Below the pieces are notes generated by a model, which was not told where the DNA came from, ran no database searches, and was given only the letters and a program-made list of their open reading frames with translations. The translations under genes were made by a program, and so were the position numbers. This document shows, in pieces, positions 49,609-57,872 of a stretch of DNA of 64,000 nt. Source of the stretch: Bacteroidaceae bacterium (GTDB lineage: Bacteria; Bacteroidota; Bacteroidia; Bacteroidales; Bacteroidaceae); contig CAAGGT010000154.1 of NCBI GenBank assembly GCA_900769465.1, positions 12,144-76,143 on the forward strand, written 5' to 3'. The stretch's first letter is position 1. Every line of letters begins with the position of its first letter.

Positions 49609-51692
49609 CAATTGTTGTTTTTCATTATCTTATCCCACTCCGATGACAATGACGGATTTATATCGGACAATATCTCCACCACACTCTTCTTTTCATCGGG
49701 AGTACATTTTGAATATACATTGACAATCTCATCCACCTTGTACTCGGTGAATAGTTTTGTAAAATAGGCCATCGGGCGGTCCTCATAGGCCTTCTTCAAG
49801 AGGTCGAAGCTCTCTGTAATAGCCTTGCGCCCCTCGTCGGCATTCCTGAACATTGTATCAAGGCCAAGACGGTGATACTTGTACATCAGCTTGCGCACAG
49901 GTTCCATGGCACCGTTCATATAATCATCAATTATCGAATAGCGGTTGGTTCCGCCACTGCTGGCACGCCACCCTGCATCACCAAGATTCTGGGCATTGTT
50001 GGCAATTGTCAATGATTTGTTCAGGAATTCGCTGCCACCAAGTTCACCCATTGAATCCAGATCCATTCCCACAATGATATACACATAGAAGGCTATGACA
50101 GCTGTGAGATTATTGTCCAGATTATCCTCAACGAATTCCAGGCGGTCAAAAGGCTGATATTTGAATTTGATGCTCTTGTCCTCATACTGGAAGATTGTCG
50201 ACGAATAGGAAGCGCCATACACAGGACGCGAAGCCTGGACCATCAATGAGCAGTCGAAAGAACCATCGTTTGCATACGAATTGACCACGAATGTAAAGTT
50301 GCAGTTGATACGTTCCACCTCCTCGTACACGTTAGGAGTCCACTTACGGTCATTGATGAATGCCTTCAGCGCCTCTTCGAGCTGTGTAAAGACCTCGGTA
50401 TTCGAACCCTGCACCTTTGACGCATTGAGCGTTACATTCGCGTTCAGTTCCTCACCGGCGGCGCTTGCCGACAACGGCAACAGCAAGAACGCCAGAACAA
50501 GCAACAGTTTTGACAAATGTGCCACAATATCCTTTGCCACCTCCTTCTTGCTTTTCAGCGGAAAAGAACTCTTTCCCTGCCTGTCAATTATGGTTACCTT
50601 GTTGGTGTCACAGGCAAAGCCGGCTCCCTTGTCCTCAAGCGAGTTCAGGACAATGAAATCAAGATTCTTCTTCTCAAGCTTCAGACGGGCATTCTTCTCG
50701 GCATTGTTCGTCTCGAGCGCAAAGCCCACAAGCAATTGTCCTTCGCCCTTTACTGCGCCCAAAGAGGCCGCGATATCACTGTTTGGAGTAAGCTCAATGA
50801 ACATATCATCGGCTGTGCGCTTCATCTTCTCGGGTGCGCACTGCGCTGGACGATAGTCGGCCACTGCGGCAGAAAGCACGGCTACATCACAGCCGGGGAA
50901 CTCTTTCATTGCAGCATCATACATCTCGCGTGCCGACTCCACATCAATCCTTTTTATCCTGGGGTTCTTGCACTCCAGAGAAACAGGCCCTGCAACAAGG
51001 GTGACATCGGCACCGCGCGCCGCACACTCCTCGGCAATTGCAAACCCCATCTTGCCCGATGAGTAATTGCCAATGAAACGCACTGGGTCAATCTTTTCAT
51101 ATGTAGGCCCGGCCGTCACAAGCACTCTCTTGCCGGCCAGCGCGCTATTGCCTAAAAAAAAATCTTTGAGGCAGTCGACTATTGCAGCCGGCTCTTCCAT
51201 ACGCCCCTTGCCGCACAGATGGCTTGCAAGCTCACCCGATGCAGCCTCGACAATGTGGTTGCCATAGCTCTTCAGCAGCTCGACATTACGCTGTGTCGAG
51301 GGATGGGCATACATATCAAGGTCCATTGCCGGAGCTATGAATACAGGAGCCTTCATCGAGAGATAAGTGGTAACGAGCAGATTGTCGGCAACGCCACCGG
51401 CCATCTTGCCAAGTGTTGACGCCGTTGCCGGCGCTATGACCATGGCATCGGCCCACAGGCCCAACTCAACGTGGCTGTTCCAGTCGCCACTGTCACTCTT
51501 AAAGAAGTCACACATCACAGGACGCCCCGACAAAGTAGAGAGCGTCAGCGGGGTTATGAAATCCTTTGCAGCCGGTGTCATCACCACCTGCACGTTTGCT
51601 CCCTCCTTCACCAACAAGCGCACAAGCACAGCAGCCTTGTAGGCAGCTATACTACCGGTCACACCCAAAACGATATTCTTTCCTTTCAGCAT
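49608..51692 (-). CDS. coaBC: single 694-codon ORF joining CoaBC (about 50517..51692) to a DUF4835/PorD-like protein (about 49608..50516), with no stop codon between them
   Basis: The N-terminal ~392 aa are flavoprotein plus CTP-dependent ligase (GVTGSIAAYK; GPTYEKIDPVRFIGNYSSGKMG). The ORF then runs directly into a signal-peptide-like KLLLVLAFLLLPLSASAA and a DUF4835-like body (ELNANVTLNASKVQGSNTEVF...NDRKWT...QASRPVY...AFYVYIIVGMDLDS...NRYSI...YKYHRLGLD). In-frame candidate internal starts are GTG at 50525 and TTG at 50516. Confidence 0.8.
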   Translation of the reverse strand: MLKGKNIVLGVTGSIAAYKAAVLVRLLVKEGANVQVVMTPAAKDFITPLTLSTLSGRPVMCDFFKSDSGDWNSHVELGLWADAMVIAPATASTLGKMAGGVADNLLVTTYLSMKAPVFIAPAMDLDMYAHPSTQRNVELLKSYGNHIVEAASGELASHLCGKGRMEEPAAIVDCLKDFFLGNSALAGKRVLVTAGPTYEKIDPVRFIGNYSSGKMGFAIAEECAARGADVTLVAGPVSLECKNPRIKRIDVESAREMYDAAMKEFPGCDVAVLSAAVADYRPAQCAPEKMKRTADDMFIELTPNSDIAASLGAVKGEGQLLVGFALETNNAEKNARLKLEKKNLDFIVLNSLEDKGAGFACDTNKVTIIDRQGKSSFPLKSKKEVAKDIVAHLSKLLLVLAFLLLPLSASAAGEELNANVTLNASKVQGSNTEVFTQLEEALKAFINDRKWTPNVYEEVERINCNFTFVVNSYANDGSFDCSLMVQASRPVYGASYSSTIFQYEDKSIKFKYQPFDRLEFVEDNLDNNLTAVIAFYVYIIVGMDLDSMGELGGSEFLNKSLTIANNAQNLGDAGWRASSGGTNRYSIIDDYMNGAMEPVRKLMYKYHRLGLDTMFRNADEGRKAITESFDLLKKAYEDRPMAYFTKLFTEYKVDEIVNVYSKCTPDEKKSVVEILSDINPSLSSEWDKIMKNNN

Positions 51693-51763
51693 TCAGCCTT
51701 CTCTTTTTTCACAGTTTCACACATAGCCGCCACAGGTTTGTATAAAGCCCTGCACAGCCCTGT

Positions 51764-52531
51764 TCATTTCTTCATTCCGCGCAATTTTATGCGGGTAAGC
51801 TCCTGTTTGGTGTTCAGCGGGAATTCACCGTTCATCATCCAACCATAATACCCGGGATCACGGTCAAGCACCGCATCTACCGGCATACCCTTATACTTGC
51901 CGAAGTTGAAGACCTCCCTGCCATTGGCATCATACACAATGCGTCCTGCAAAATCCACATTGTCGGTAAAAGAGGACTCCTTGGACAACGCATCCATGTC
52001 GTTCACCATATCGGCATAATGGTCAAGCTGCGCCTTCAGAACCTCGTATGTGGCACGTGTATCTGCAAGCGCGCTGTGGGCATCCTCAAGCACCTGACCG
52101 CAATAGAACTTGTATGCGGCCGACAAGGTACGCGGTTCACGCTTGTGATAAAGCACCTGTACATCAATGGCCCTCAATCGGGACAAATCGATGTCCACCT
52201 GCGCACGCAGGAACTCCTCGGCAAGCAGGGGCAGGTCGAAACGGTTTGAGTTGAAGCCCGCCACGTCGCATCCTTCGAACTCGTTGGCAATCTCGCGCGC
52301 CACCTCCTTAAACGTTGGACAATCCTTTACATCCTCGTCATAAATACCGTGTACTGCCGAAGCGCCCTCGGGAATATGCATTCCGGGATTTATACGCCTT
52401 GTATACTCCAGTTCCCTGCCATCGGGCATCACCTTAATGTAGCATATCTCAACGATACGGTCCTTCGAGATATCCGTACCGGTTGTCTCAAGATCAAAAA
52501 ATATTATCGGCTTTACCAGATTCAGTTTCAT
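51764..52531 (-). CDS. 3'-5' exonuclease, DnaQ/DEDDh family (DNA polymerase III epsilon-like)
   Basis: ATG at 52531 (MKLNLVKPIIFFDLETTG, Exo I). NSNRFDLPLL (Exo II) and HSALADT (Exo III). Confidence 0.85.
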   Translation of the reverse strand: MKLNLVKPIIFFDLETTGTDISKDRIVEICYIKVMPDGRELEYTRRINPGMHIPEGASAVHGIYDEDVKDCPTFKEVAREIANEFEGCDVAGFNSNRFDLPLLAEEFLRAQVDIDLSRLRAIDVQVLYHKREPRTLSAAYKFYCGQVLEDAHSALADTRATYEVLKAQLDHYADMVNDMDALSKESSFTDNVDFAGRIVYDANGREVFNFGKYKGMPVDAVLDRDPGYYGWMMNGEFPLNTKQELTRIKLRGMKK

Positions 52532-52546
52532 AACCAGCAATCCTTT

Positions 52547-53671
52547 TTAATCTGTAAGCATCATTGGCATCAACAGCATCAGCAACTCCTGCTTGCCCAC
52601 CTGCTCAGCAGGAACAATGACACCGGCACGTGAAGGATCGGCGAGTTCAATCACCACATCCTGACCGGGAGTATTGTTGAGAATATCGATGAGAAACGAT
52701 GCGCGGAAACCGATATTCATTGAAGCACCGTCATAGCTGCAAGCAATACTCTCCTCGGCCGATGTAGAGAAATCTGTATCCTGTGCCGAGATGACAACCT
52801 TGTTGTCCTCGAGATGAAGCTTGACAAGACTCACCTGTGACGAGAATATAGCGACACGGCGCAATGTACTTATCAAGGCCGCACGGTCAACTGTGAGCTT
52901 GTGAGGATTGTTCTGTGGAATTACAGAGTTGTAGTTGGGATAACGTCCGTCAAAGAGGCGGCATACCAGTTTGTACTCACCCATATCAAAGATTGCAAAG
53001 CGACCATCGAACTCAATTGCCACATCCTGCTCATCTTCGCCAAGAAGATTCTTCAGGAGTGTCGCAGGCTTCTTTGGAAGAATGAATGCCGACTTTTCGG
53101 CACCGGTTACCGAATAGTCGCGGCAACGCGCGAGCTTGTGACCGTCCGAAGCAACCAATGTTATACTCTCGGGGGTGAAGTCAAAATAGACACCGCACAT
53201 GATAGGACGCAACTTGTCATCGGCTGCAGCCGCAAACAAAGAGCAGGAAATACCGTTCGAAAGCACCTTTGTGGGAACATTGATTGCCACAGCGCTCTCG
53301 CCAAGGACAGCAGCCGAAGGATACTCGTCGGCATTCTGACCTACAAGGCTGTACTTACCGTTCTGATAGTATATTGTTATTTCAAGAGTCTCTTTCTTTA
53401 CGTCAAAACGTACCGGCTGCTCCGAAATCTCCTTCAATGAGTCGATAAGGATTTTCGAAGAGATGGCAAAGCTGAAGTCCTCGGAACAATCCACAACTTC
53501 AAGCGAAGTGTTGAGTGTATTGTCGGGGTCCGAAGCTGTCAATGTGAGCTTGTTGCCCTCGAGTTCGAACAATACGCAATCCAGCACAGGAATTGTATTC
53601 TTTGAATTGATTACACGGCTGATGGTCTGCAGACGAGACGACAGCAAAGAACTTGATACTGTAAAATTCAT
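52547..53671 (-). CDS. dnaN: DNA polymerase III subunit beta (sliding clamp)
   Basis: 374 aa. MNFTVSSSLLSSRLQTISRVINSKNTIPVLDCVLFE and a three-domain length. C-terminal LLMPMML. Confidence 0.93.
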   Translation of the reverse strand: MNFTVSSSLLSSRLQTISRVINSKNTIPVLDCVLFELEGNKLTLTASDPDNTLNTSLEVVDCSEDFSFAISSKILIDSLKEISEQPVRFDVKKETLEITIYYQNGKYSLVGQNADEYPSAAVLGESAVAINVPTKVLSNGISCSLFAAAADDKLRPIMCGVYFDFTPESITLVASDGHKLARCRDYSVTGAEKSAFILPKKPATLLKNLLGEDEQDVAIEFDGRFAIFDMGEYKLVCRLFDGRYPNYNSVIPQNNPHKLTVDRAALISTLRRVAIFSSQVSLVKLHLEDNKVVISAQDTDFSTSAEESIACSYDGASMNIGFRASFLIDILNNTPGQDVVIELADPSRAGVIVPAEQVGKQELLMLLMPMMLTD

Positions 53672-53733
53672 GGTATAAAAATTTTAATTGATTTTGCACA
53701 TTAAGCCTATCGCGCTCGCGCGCGTAGTATCTA

Positions 53734-53741
53734 CAAAGATA
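53734..53741 (-). promoter_or_regulatory. TAtcTTTG -7 box upstream of dnaN
   Basis: Plus-strand caaagata at 53734-53741 is TATCTTTG on the minus strand, ~63 nt upstream of the dnaN ATG. No clean -33 TTTG was seen. Confidence 0.35.
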
Positions 53742-53833
53742 AACTAAATATATAGAAACCGATAAAAATGAAGCAAAAAAAATTGCATTTCGTGAATAAA
53801 AGAGCTATTTTCGCCCACAATTTAAAGAAAACT

Positions 53834-54202
53834 ATGGAGATTACAGGAAAAATCATCGCAGTGCTTCCCGAGAGAGGCGGCGTATCAAAGACAGGAAATG
53901 AGTGGAAAATGCAGGAATACGTACTGGAGACACACGAGCAGTTCCCGAAGAAACTTTGTTTTAACGTATTCGGTGCAGACAAGATAGCGCAGTTCAACAT
54001 TCAGGCAGGCGACGAGCTTACAGTGTCATTCGACATCAACGCACGCGAGTACAATGGCCGTTGGTACAACGATATCCGCGCTTGGAGAGTAGAGCGTGGC
54101 GCAGCTCCTGCACCGGCAGATACACCGGTCATCAATGCGCCAAAGGTTGATGTCCCCGACTTCAGCAAGGCTGCAAACGACCCCGACGACCTTCCTTTCT
54201 AA
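53834..54202 (+). CDS. DUF3127 domain-containing protein
   Basis: Start chosen at the ATG at 53834 (MEITGKIIAVLPERGGVSKTGNEWKMQEYVLETHEQFPKKLCFNVFG...). This is the pattern I associate with DUF3127 (small OB-like Bacteroidota proteins). Confidence 0.65.
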   Translation: MEITGKIIAVLPERGGVSKTGNEWKMQEYVLETHEQFPKKLCFNVFGADKIAQFNIQAGDELTVSFDINAREYNGRWYNDIRAWRVERGAAPAPADTPVINAPKVDVPDFSKAANDPDDLPF

Positions 54203-54230
54203 ACAATAGGAACCGTTGGTTTACAAACAG

Positions 54231-54258
54231 TTTAGGCGCACCATATGGTGCGCCTAAA
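54231..54258. terminator. bidirectional terminator between the DUF3127 gene and the radical SAM gene
   Basis: TTTAGGCGCACC-atat-GGTGCGCCTAAA perfect 12-bp stem with A/T-rich flanks. Confidence 0.75.
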
Positions 54259-54302
54259 TTTTATATTACATCTGACGGAGATTCTACAGCAAGAAGCTTT
54301 GT

Positions 54303-55376
54303 CTATCCCTGCCTCAGGCGTTCAAGATTGCAATGCATCAGACACTCGTTCTCGTCATACAGATGCATTCCGTTTCCAAGACAATATCGCCAGGACTTGC
54401 AGGAGGCACACTTGTCTTTCTTTGCCCAACTGCGGTCACGGAACTTTGTAAAACGCTCATTCCACACGTCCCAGAGATTATCTGTATAGATATTCCCCTG
54501 ATCGAAATTCGCCCTTATGCTAGTGCATCCCGATATCGAGCCGTCTACACGTATTCCGGCGATACCGATACCGGCCATACAGCCGAAAAAGGTATCCCTG
54601 ACCTCGGCCTCGTAGCCTCCCAGAAAGCCTTCACAGGCGTATGAACATTTTATCCGACCCTCTTTGCGGGTTGCAGCTATGAAATCCATAAGAGAACGGT
54701 ACTGCTGCGGTGCAAGCTGGAGTTTCTCATTATCCGAAGCCCTGCCGGCAGGGAAAATGGTAAATATTCTCCACGCCTTGCAACCTTCGCTTATCAAGAA
54801 CTCCTTGAAGTCATTCAGAGAATCCAGACTGTCGGGCGTAACACACGTCACGACATCATAGGGAACGCGGTTCTTGACCAGCAGACGCAACGCCCTCACA
54901 GCATTCCTGAAACTTGCAGGGTTACGCCTTATGGAGTTGTGGTACTCCTCGAAACCATCGATCGAGAGAGCCACGACACTCATTCCGGCACCCATCAACG
55001 ATGCCAGGCGCTTTTCATCGAGCAGCATTCCATTGGTGACGATACCCCACCTATATCCTCGCGAGCAGAGTTCCCTGCCCACATCCTCAAGGTCCTTTCG
55101 CAGCAAAGCCTCGCCACCGGTGATGGTGACCAGTACTTTCTTTGTATCCACATGAGGGGTAAGCGTGTCAACGGCACGCAGGAAATCCTCGGCCGACATA
55201 TCCTTGACATTGGACACGGCACGACAATCGCTGCCGCAGTGGCCGCAATTCAAGTTACAGCGCAAGGTACACTCCCAGAACAGCACCTTCAGTTCGTGTT
55301 CCTTTACCAGGTCCTTGCGCACCGAAGCGAACAGTTCCAGCGCAATACGTTTGCGGAGTGAGAGCTTACAACTCAT
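54303..55376 (-). CDS. radical SAM enzyme with C-terminal SPASM/twitch-like auxiliary Fe-S domain
   Basis: 357 aa. CX3CX2C = CNLNCGHC near the N-terminus, and a GGEALL SAM-binding motif (ITGGEALLRKD). C-terminal Cys cluster: CSYAC, FGCMAG...GSISGC, CASCKSWRYC, CLMHC. Confidence 0.85.
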   Translation of the reverse strand: MSCKLSLRKRIALELFASVRKDLVKEHELKVLFWECTLRCNLNCGHCGSDCRAVSNVKDMSAEDFLRAVDTLTPHVDTKKVLVTITGGEALLRKDLEDVGRELCSRGYRWGIVTNGMLLDEKRLASLMGAGMSVVALSIDGFEEYHNSIRRNPASFRNAVRALRLLVKNRVPYDVVTCVTPDSLDSLNDFKEFLISEGCKAWRIFTIFPAGRASDNEKLQLAPQQYRSLMDFIAATRKEGRIKCSYACEGFLGGYEAEVRDTFFGCMAGIGIAGIRVDGSISGCTSIRANFDQGNIYTDNLWDVWNERFTKFRDRSWAKKDKCASCKSWRYCLGNGMHLYDENECLMHCNLERLRQG

Positions 55377-55579
55377 TCTGCTTCTGTCGAATCCCCTTCG
55401 GGCATAGCCTCATTCTCCTCTCCCTCTACCTGCTCCTGTGCCGAACAGTGCTCGCAAAAATCCTCATACTCGTTGTATGATTCATCGTAGAAATCACCAT
55501 AGCATGCAGTCAGCATCGGCAATGACGAAAAGCCCAACAACAGGATTGAATACTTTTTCAGTTTTTTCTTGAAACTCAT
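55373..55579 (-). CDS. small acidic Cys/Tyr-rich putative lipoprotein, translationally coupled to the radical SAM gene
   Basis: 68 aa. MSFKKKLKKYSILLLGFSSLPMLTA|C has a lipobox. The mature 43 aa are CYGDFYDESYNEYEDFCEHCSAQEQVEGEENEAMPEGDSTEAE. The stop overlaps the rSAM ATG (ATGA at 55373-55376). Confidence 0.65.
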   Translation of the reverse strand: MSFKKKLKKYSILLLGFSSLPMLTACYGDFYDESYNEYEDFCEHCSAQEQVEGEENEAMPEGDSTEAE

Positions 55580-55640
55580 AACATTACAAAATTACGATAA
55601 GGTAAAAAAGAGATTCTTCCCATGCTTGCGGAAGTCTTTG

Positions 55641-55671
55641 CAAACATAGGAAGAATTTGTCTATAATCAAA
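55641..55671 (-). promoter_or_regulatory. Bacteroidota-type promoter (TTTG-N19-TAtgTTTG) for the lipoprotein-rSAM pair
   Basis: On the minus strand, TTTG is plus-strand caaa at 55668-55671 and TATGTTTG is plus-strand caaacata at 55641-55648. The spacer is 19 nt, and the leader to the ATG at 55579 is ~60 nt. Confidence 0.5.
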
Positions 55672-55696
55672 AAATATAAATAATTTTAACAAAACG

Positions 55697-57658
55697 TCAT
55701 GAGTTCATACTCAACAGGAATTCATCGTTGTCCTTGGTCCTTTCGAGCCTGTCCTTCACAAATTCCATCGCCTCAATCGGCGTCATGTCCGAAAGATACT
55801 TACGCAGTATCCACATACGGTCAAGAGTCTGGCGGTCGAGCAACAGATCATCACGACGTGTCGACGATGCAATAATGTTCACTGCTGGGAAAATACGCTT
55901 GTTTGCAAGTGAACGGTCGAGCTGAAGCTCCATGTTACCCGTACCCTTGAACTCCTCGAAGATGACCTCGTCCATCTTTGAACCGGTATCAATGAGTGCT
56001 GTCGCTATGATTGTGAGCGAACCGCCATTCTCAATGTTACGGGCTGCACCAAAGAAACGCTTGGGTTTGTGCAGTGCATTGGCATCGACACCACCCGAAA
56101 GCACCTTACCCGATGCCGGAGAGACTGTATTATAGGCACGCGCAAGACGTGTGATGGAGTCAAGGAAAATCACCACATCGTGTCCACACTCAACCATGCG
56201 CTTTGCACGCTCAAGAACAATGCCGGCAATCTTCACGTGACGCTCGGCCGGTTCATCGAATGTAGATGCAATGACCTCGGCATTCACTGAGCGTGCCATA
56301 TCGGTCACCTCCTCGGGGCGCTCATCTATGAGCAACATAATCATATAGGCCTCGGGGTGGTTTGCTGCAATGGCATTGGCAATGTCCTTAAGAAGCATTG
56401 TCTTACCCGTCTTTGGCTGGGCCACAATGAGACCGCGCTGTCCCTTGCCTATGGGCGAGAAGAGATCAACGACACGCGCCGAAAGATTATCGTAGCTACC
56501 GGTACAGAGTGTGAATTTCTCATCGGGGAACAATGGGGTGAGGTTCTCGAAAGAGACGCGGTCACGCACAAGTTCGGGCGACGAGCCGTTGATGCGGTTC
56601 ACCTTTACAAGTGGGAAATATTTCTCACCTGCCGATGCCGGACGTATTATACCCTCCACGACATCACCGGTTTTGAGACCATAGAGCTTTATCTGCGATT
56701 GTGATACATAAACATCATCGGGCGAAGCAAGATAGTTGTAGTCCGAAGAGCGCAGGAAACCATAGTTGTCGGGCATTATCTCAAGCACACCCTCAACACG
56801 CAGCACATCGGCAAAGTCATATTGCTTTGCGGCAGGCTGATGCTCCTCGGGCTGCTGTTCACGCCTTTCGTTATTGTGACGGTTCTTCTTGTCATTATTC
56901 TTCTGTCCCTTGTTGCTCTTCTCGAACTTGTCCACAAGCTCCGATGGCAACTCTCTTGAGTCTGTAGGCAGATTCTCTATAGCCACGAATGATTCACCTT
57001 CGTCAACGGGAGAAACGATGTTTTCCTGAACCGGAGCAGCCGCCTGCTCAACAGATTGCTGTTCTGCAACCTTGTTCTTGGGCTTGCGGCCACGCTTCTT
57101 TGGAGCCGGCTCACCATTCACAGGTGTCTCCGCTGCGGCCTCCACCACGGGAGTTTCCTCGGTCACAACGGTCTCGGCCGACACGTCGGCGGCATTAGCC
57201 TTTTCACTCTTTGGTTTGCGGCCACGTTTCTTTTGCTTCGAAACCTCGGGCGTAGCCTGCGGAGCGACAGCCTCAACAGCAGCCGGGGCTGCAGTCTTTT
57301 CTTCTACGACAGGCTGCACTGCAACCTTCTCGACAACCTTTACAGGTTCGTTTTCAGGTTTCTGTCTCTTTGGCTCATCCTTTTCAACCTTAACGGCCTT
57401 TTCACCGGTCGCCGTATAGACCTTGCTCGGAGCATCGGAGTGTATGCGGTTGCGACGATGCTCACGGCGAGTCATCCTGTTCTCTTCCTTCACCACAGCC
57501 GGCGCCCCACTCTTGCTGTTCTGCATAGCCTGCCCGTCAAGAATACGGTAAATCAATTCATCCCTGCCAAGCGACTTGATGCCCTTGATTCCTAAATCCT
57601 GAGCAATGGATTGCAAATCGGCAATCTCCTTGCTTCTCAATTGTTCTATATGATACAT
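55697..57658 (-). CDS. rho: transcription termination factor Rho with ~230-aa N-terminal insertion
   Basis: 653 aa. Rho_N ([14 protein letters not shown]), a low-complexity K/P/A/E/V insertion, the RNA-binding [14 protein letters not shown], Walker A AQPKTGKT and Walker [11 protein letters not shown]. Confidence 0.95.
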   Translation of the reverse strand: MYHIEQLRSKEIADLQSIAQDLGIKGIKSLGRDELIYRILDGQAMQNSKSGAPAVVKEENRMTRREHRRNRIHSDAPSKVYTATGEKAVKVEKDEPKRQKPENEPVKVVEKVAVQPVVEEKTAAPAAVEAVAPQATPEVSKQKKRGRKPKSEKANAADVSAETVVTEETPVVEAAAETPVNGEPAPKKRGRKPKNKVAEQQSVEQAAAPVQENIVSPVDEGESFVAIENLPTDSRELPSELVDKFEKSNKGQKNNDKKNRHNNERREQQPEEHQPAAKQYDFADVLRVEGVLEIMPDNYGFLRSSDYNYLASPDDVYVSQSQIKLYGLKTGDVVEGIIRPASAGEKYFPLVKVNRINGSSPELVRDRVSFENLTPLFPDEKFTLCTGSYDNLSARVVDLFSPIGKGQRGLIVAQPKTGKTMLLKDIANAIAANHPEAYMIMLLIDERPEEVTDMARSVNAEVIASTFDEPAERHVKIAGIVLERAKRMVECGHDVVIFLDSITRLARAYNTVSPASGKVLSGGVDANALHKPKRFFGAARNIENGGSLTIIATALIDTGSKMDEVIFEEFKGTGNMELQLDRSLANKRIFPAVNIIASSTRRDDLLLDRQTLDRMWILRKYLSDMTPIEAMEFVKDRLERTKDNDEFLLSMNS

Positions 57659-57872
57659 AAATCAGATGATGATGCTTGCCCAACAACAGAAGGGAAGCCC
57701 ACAATAATGAAAATCTAAAAAAAAGATATATTTACTTGATTGGAAACAGCAGGACAAAGAATGTTCTGCATTAATTGTAATGCAAAGATAACCATTTTGT
57801 TTAAAACCCGCTGTTTTTTTTATTTTTTTTTACAAAGAACGCATTTTGCCGGCAATGGGTGAGCCTGAACAA

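Noticed and set aside
53672-53833. Possible oriC / DnaA-box cluster next to dnaN
   Set aside because: I found no TTATCCACA-like 9-mers beyond one weak TATCTACAA, and no AT-rich unwinding repeats. dnaA is not adjacent, and in Bacteroidota dnaN is often not at the origin.
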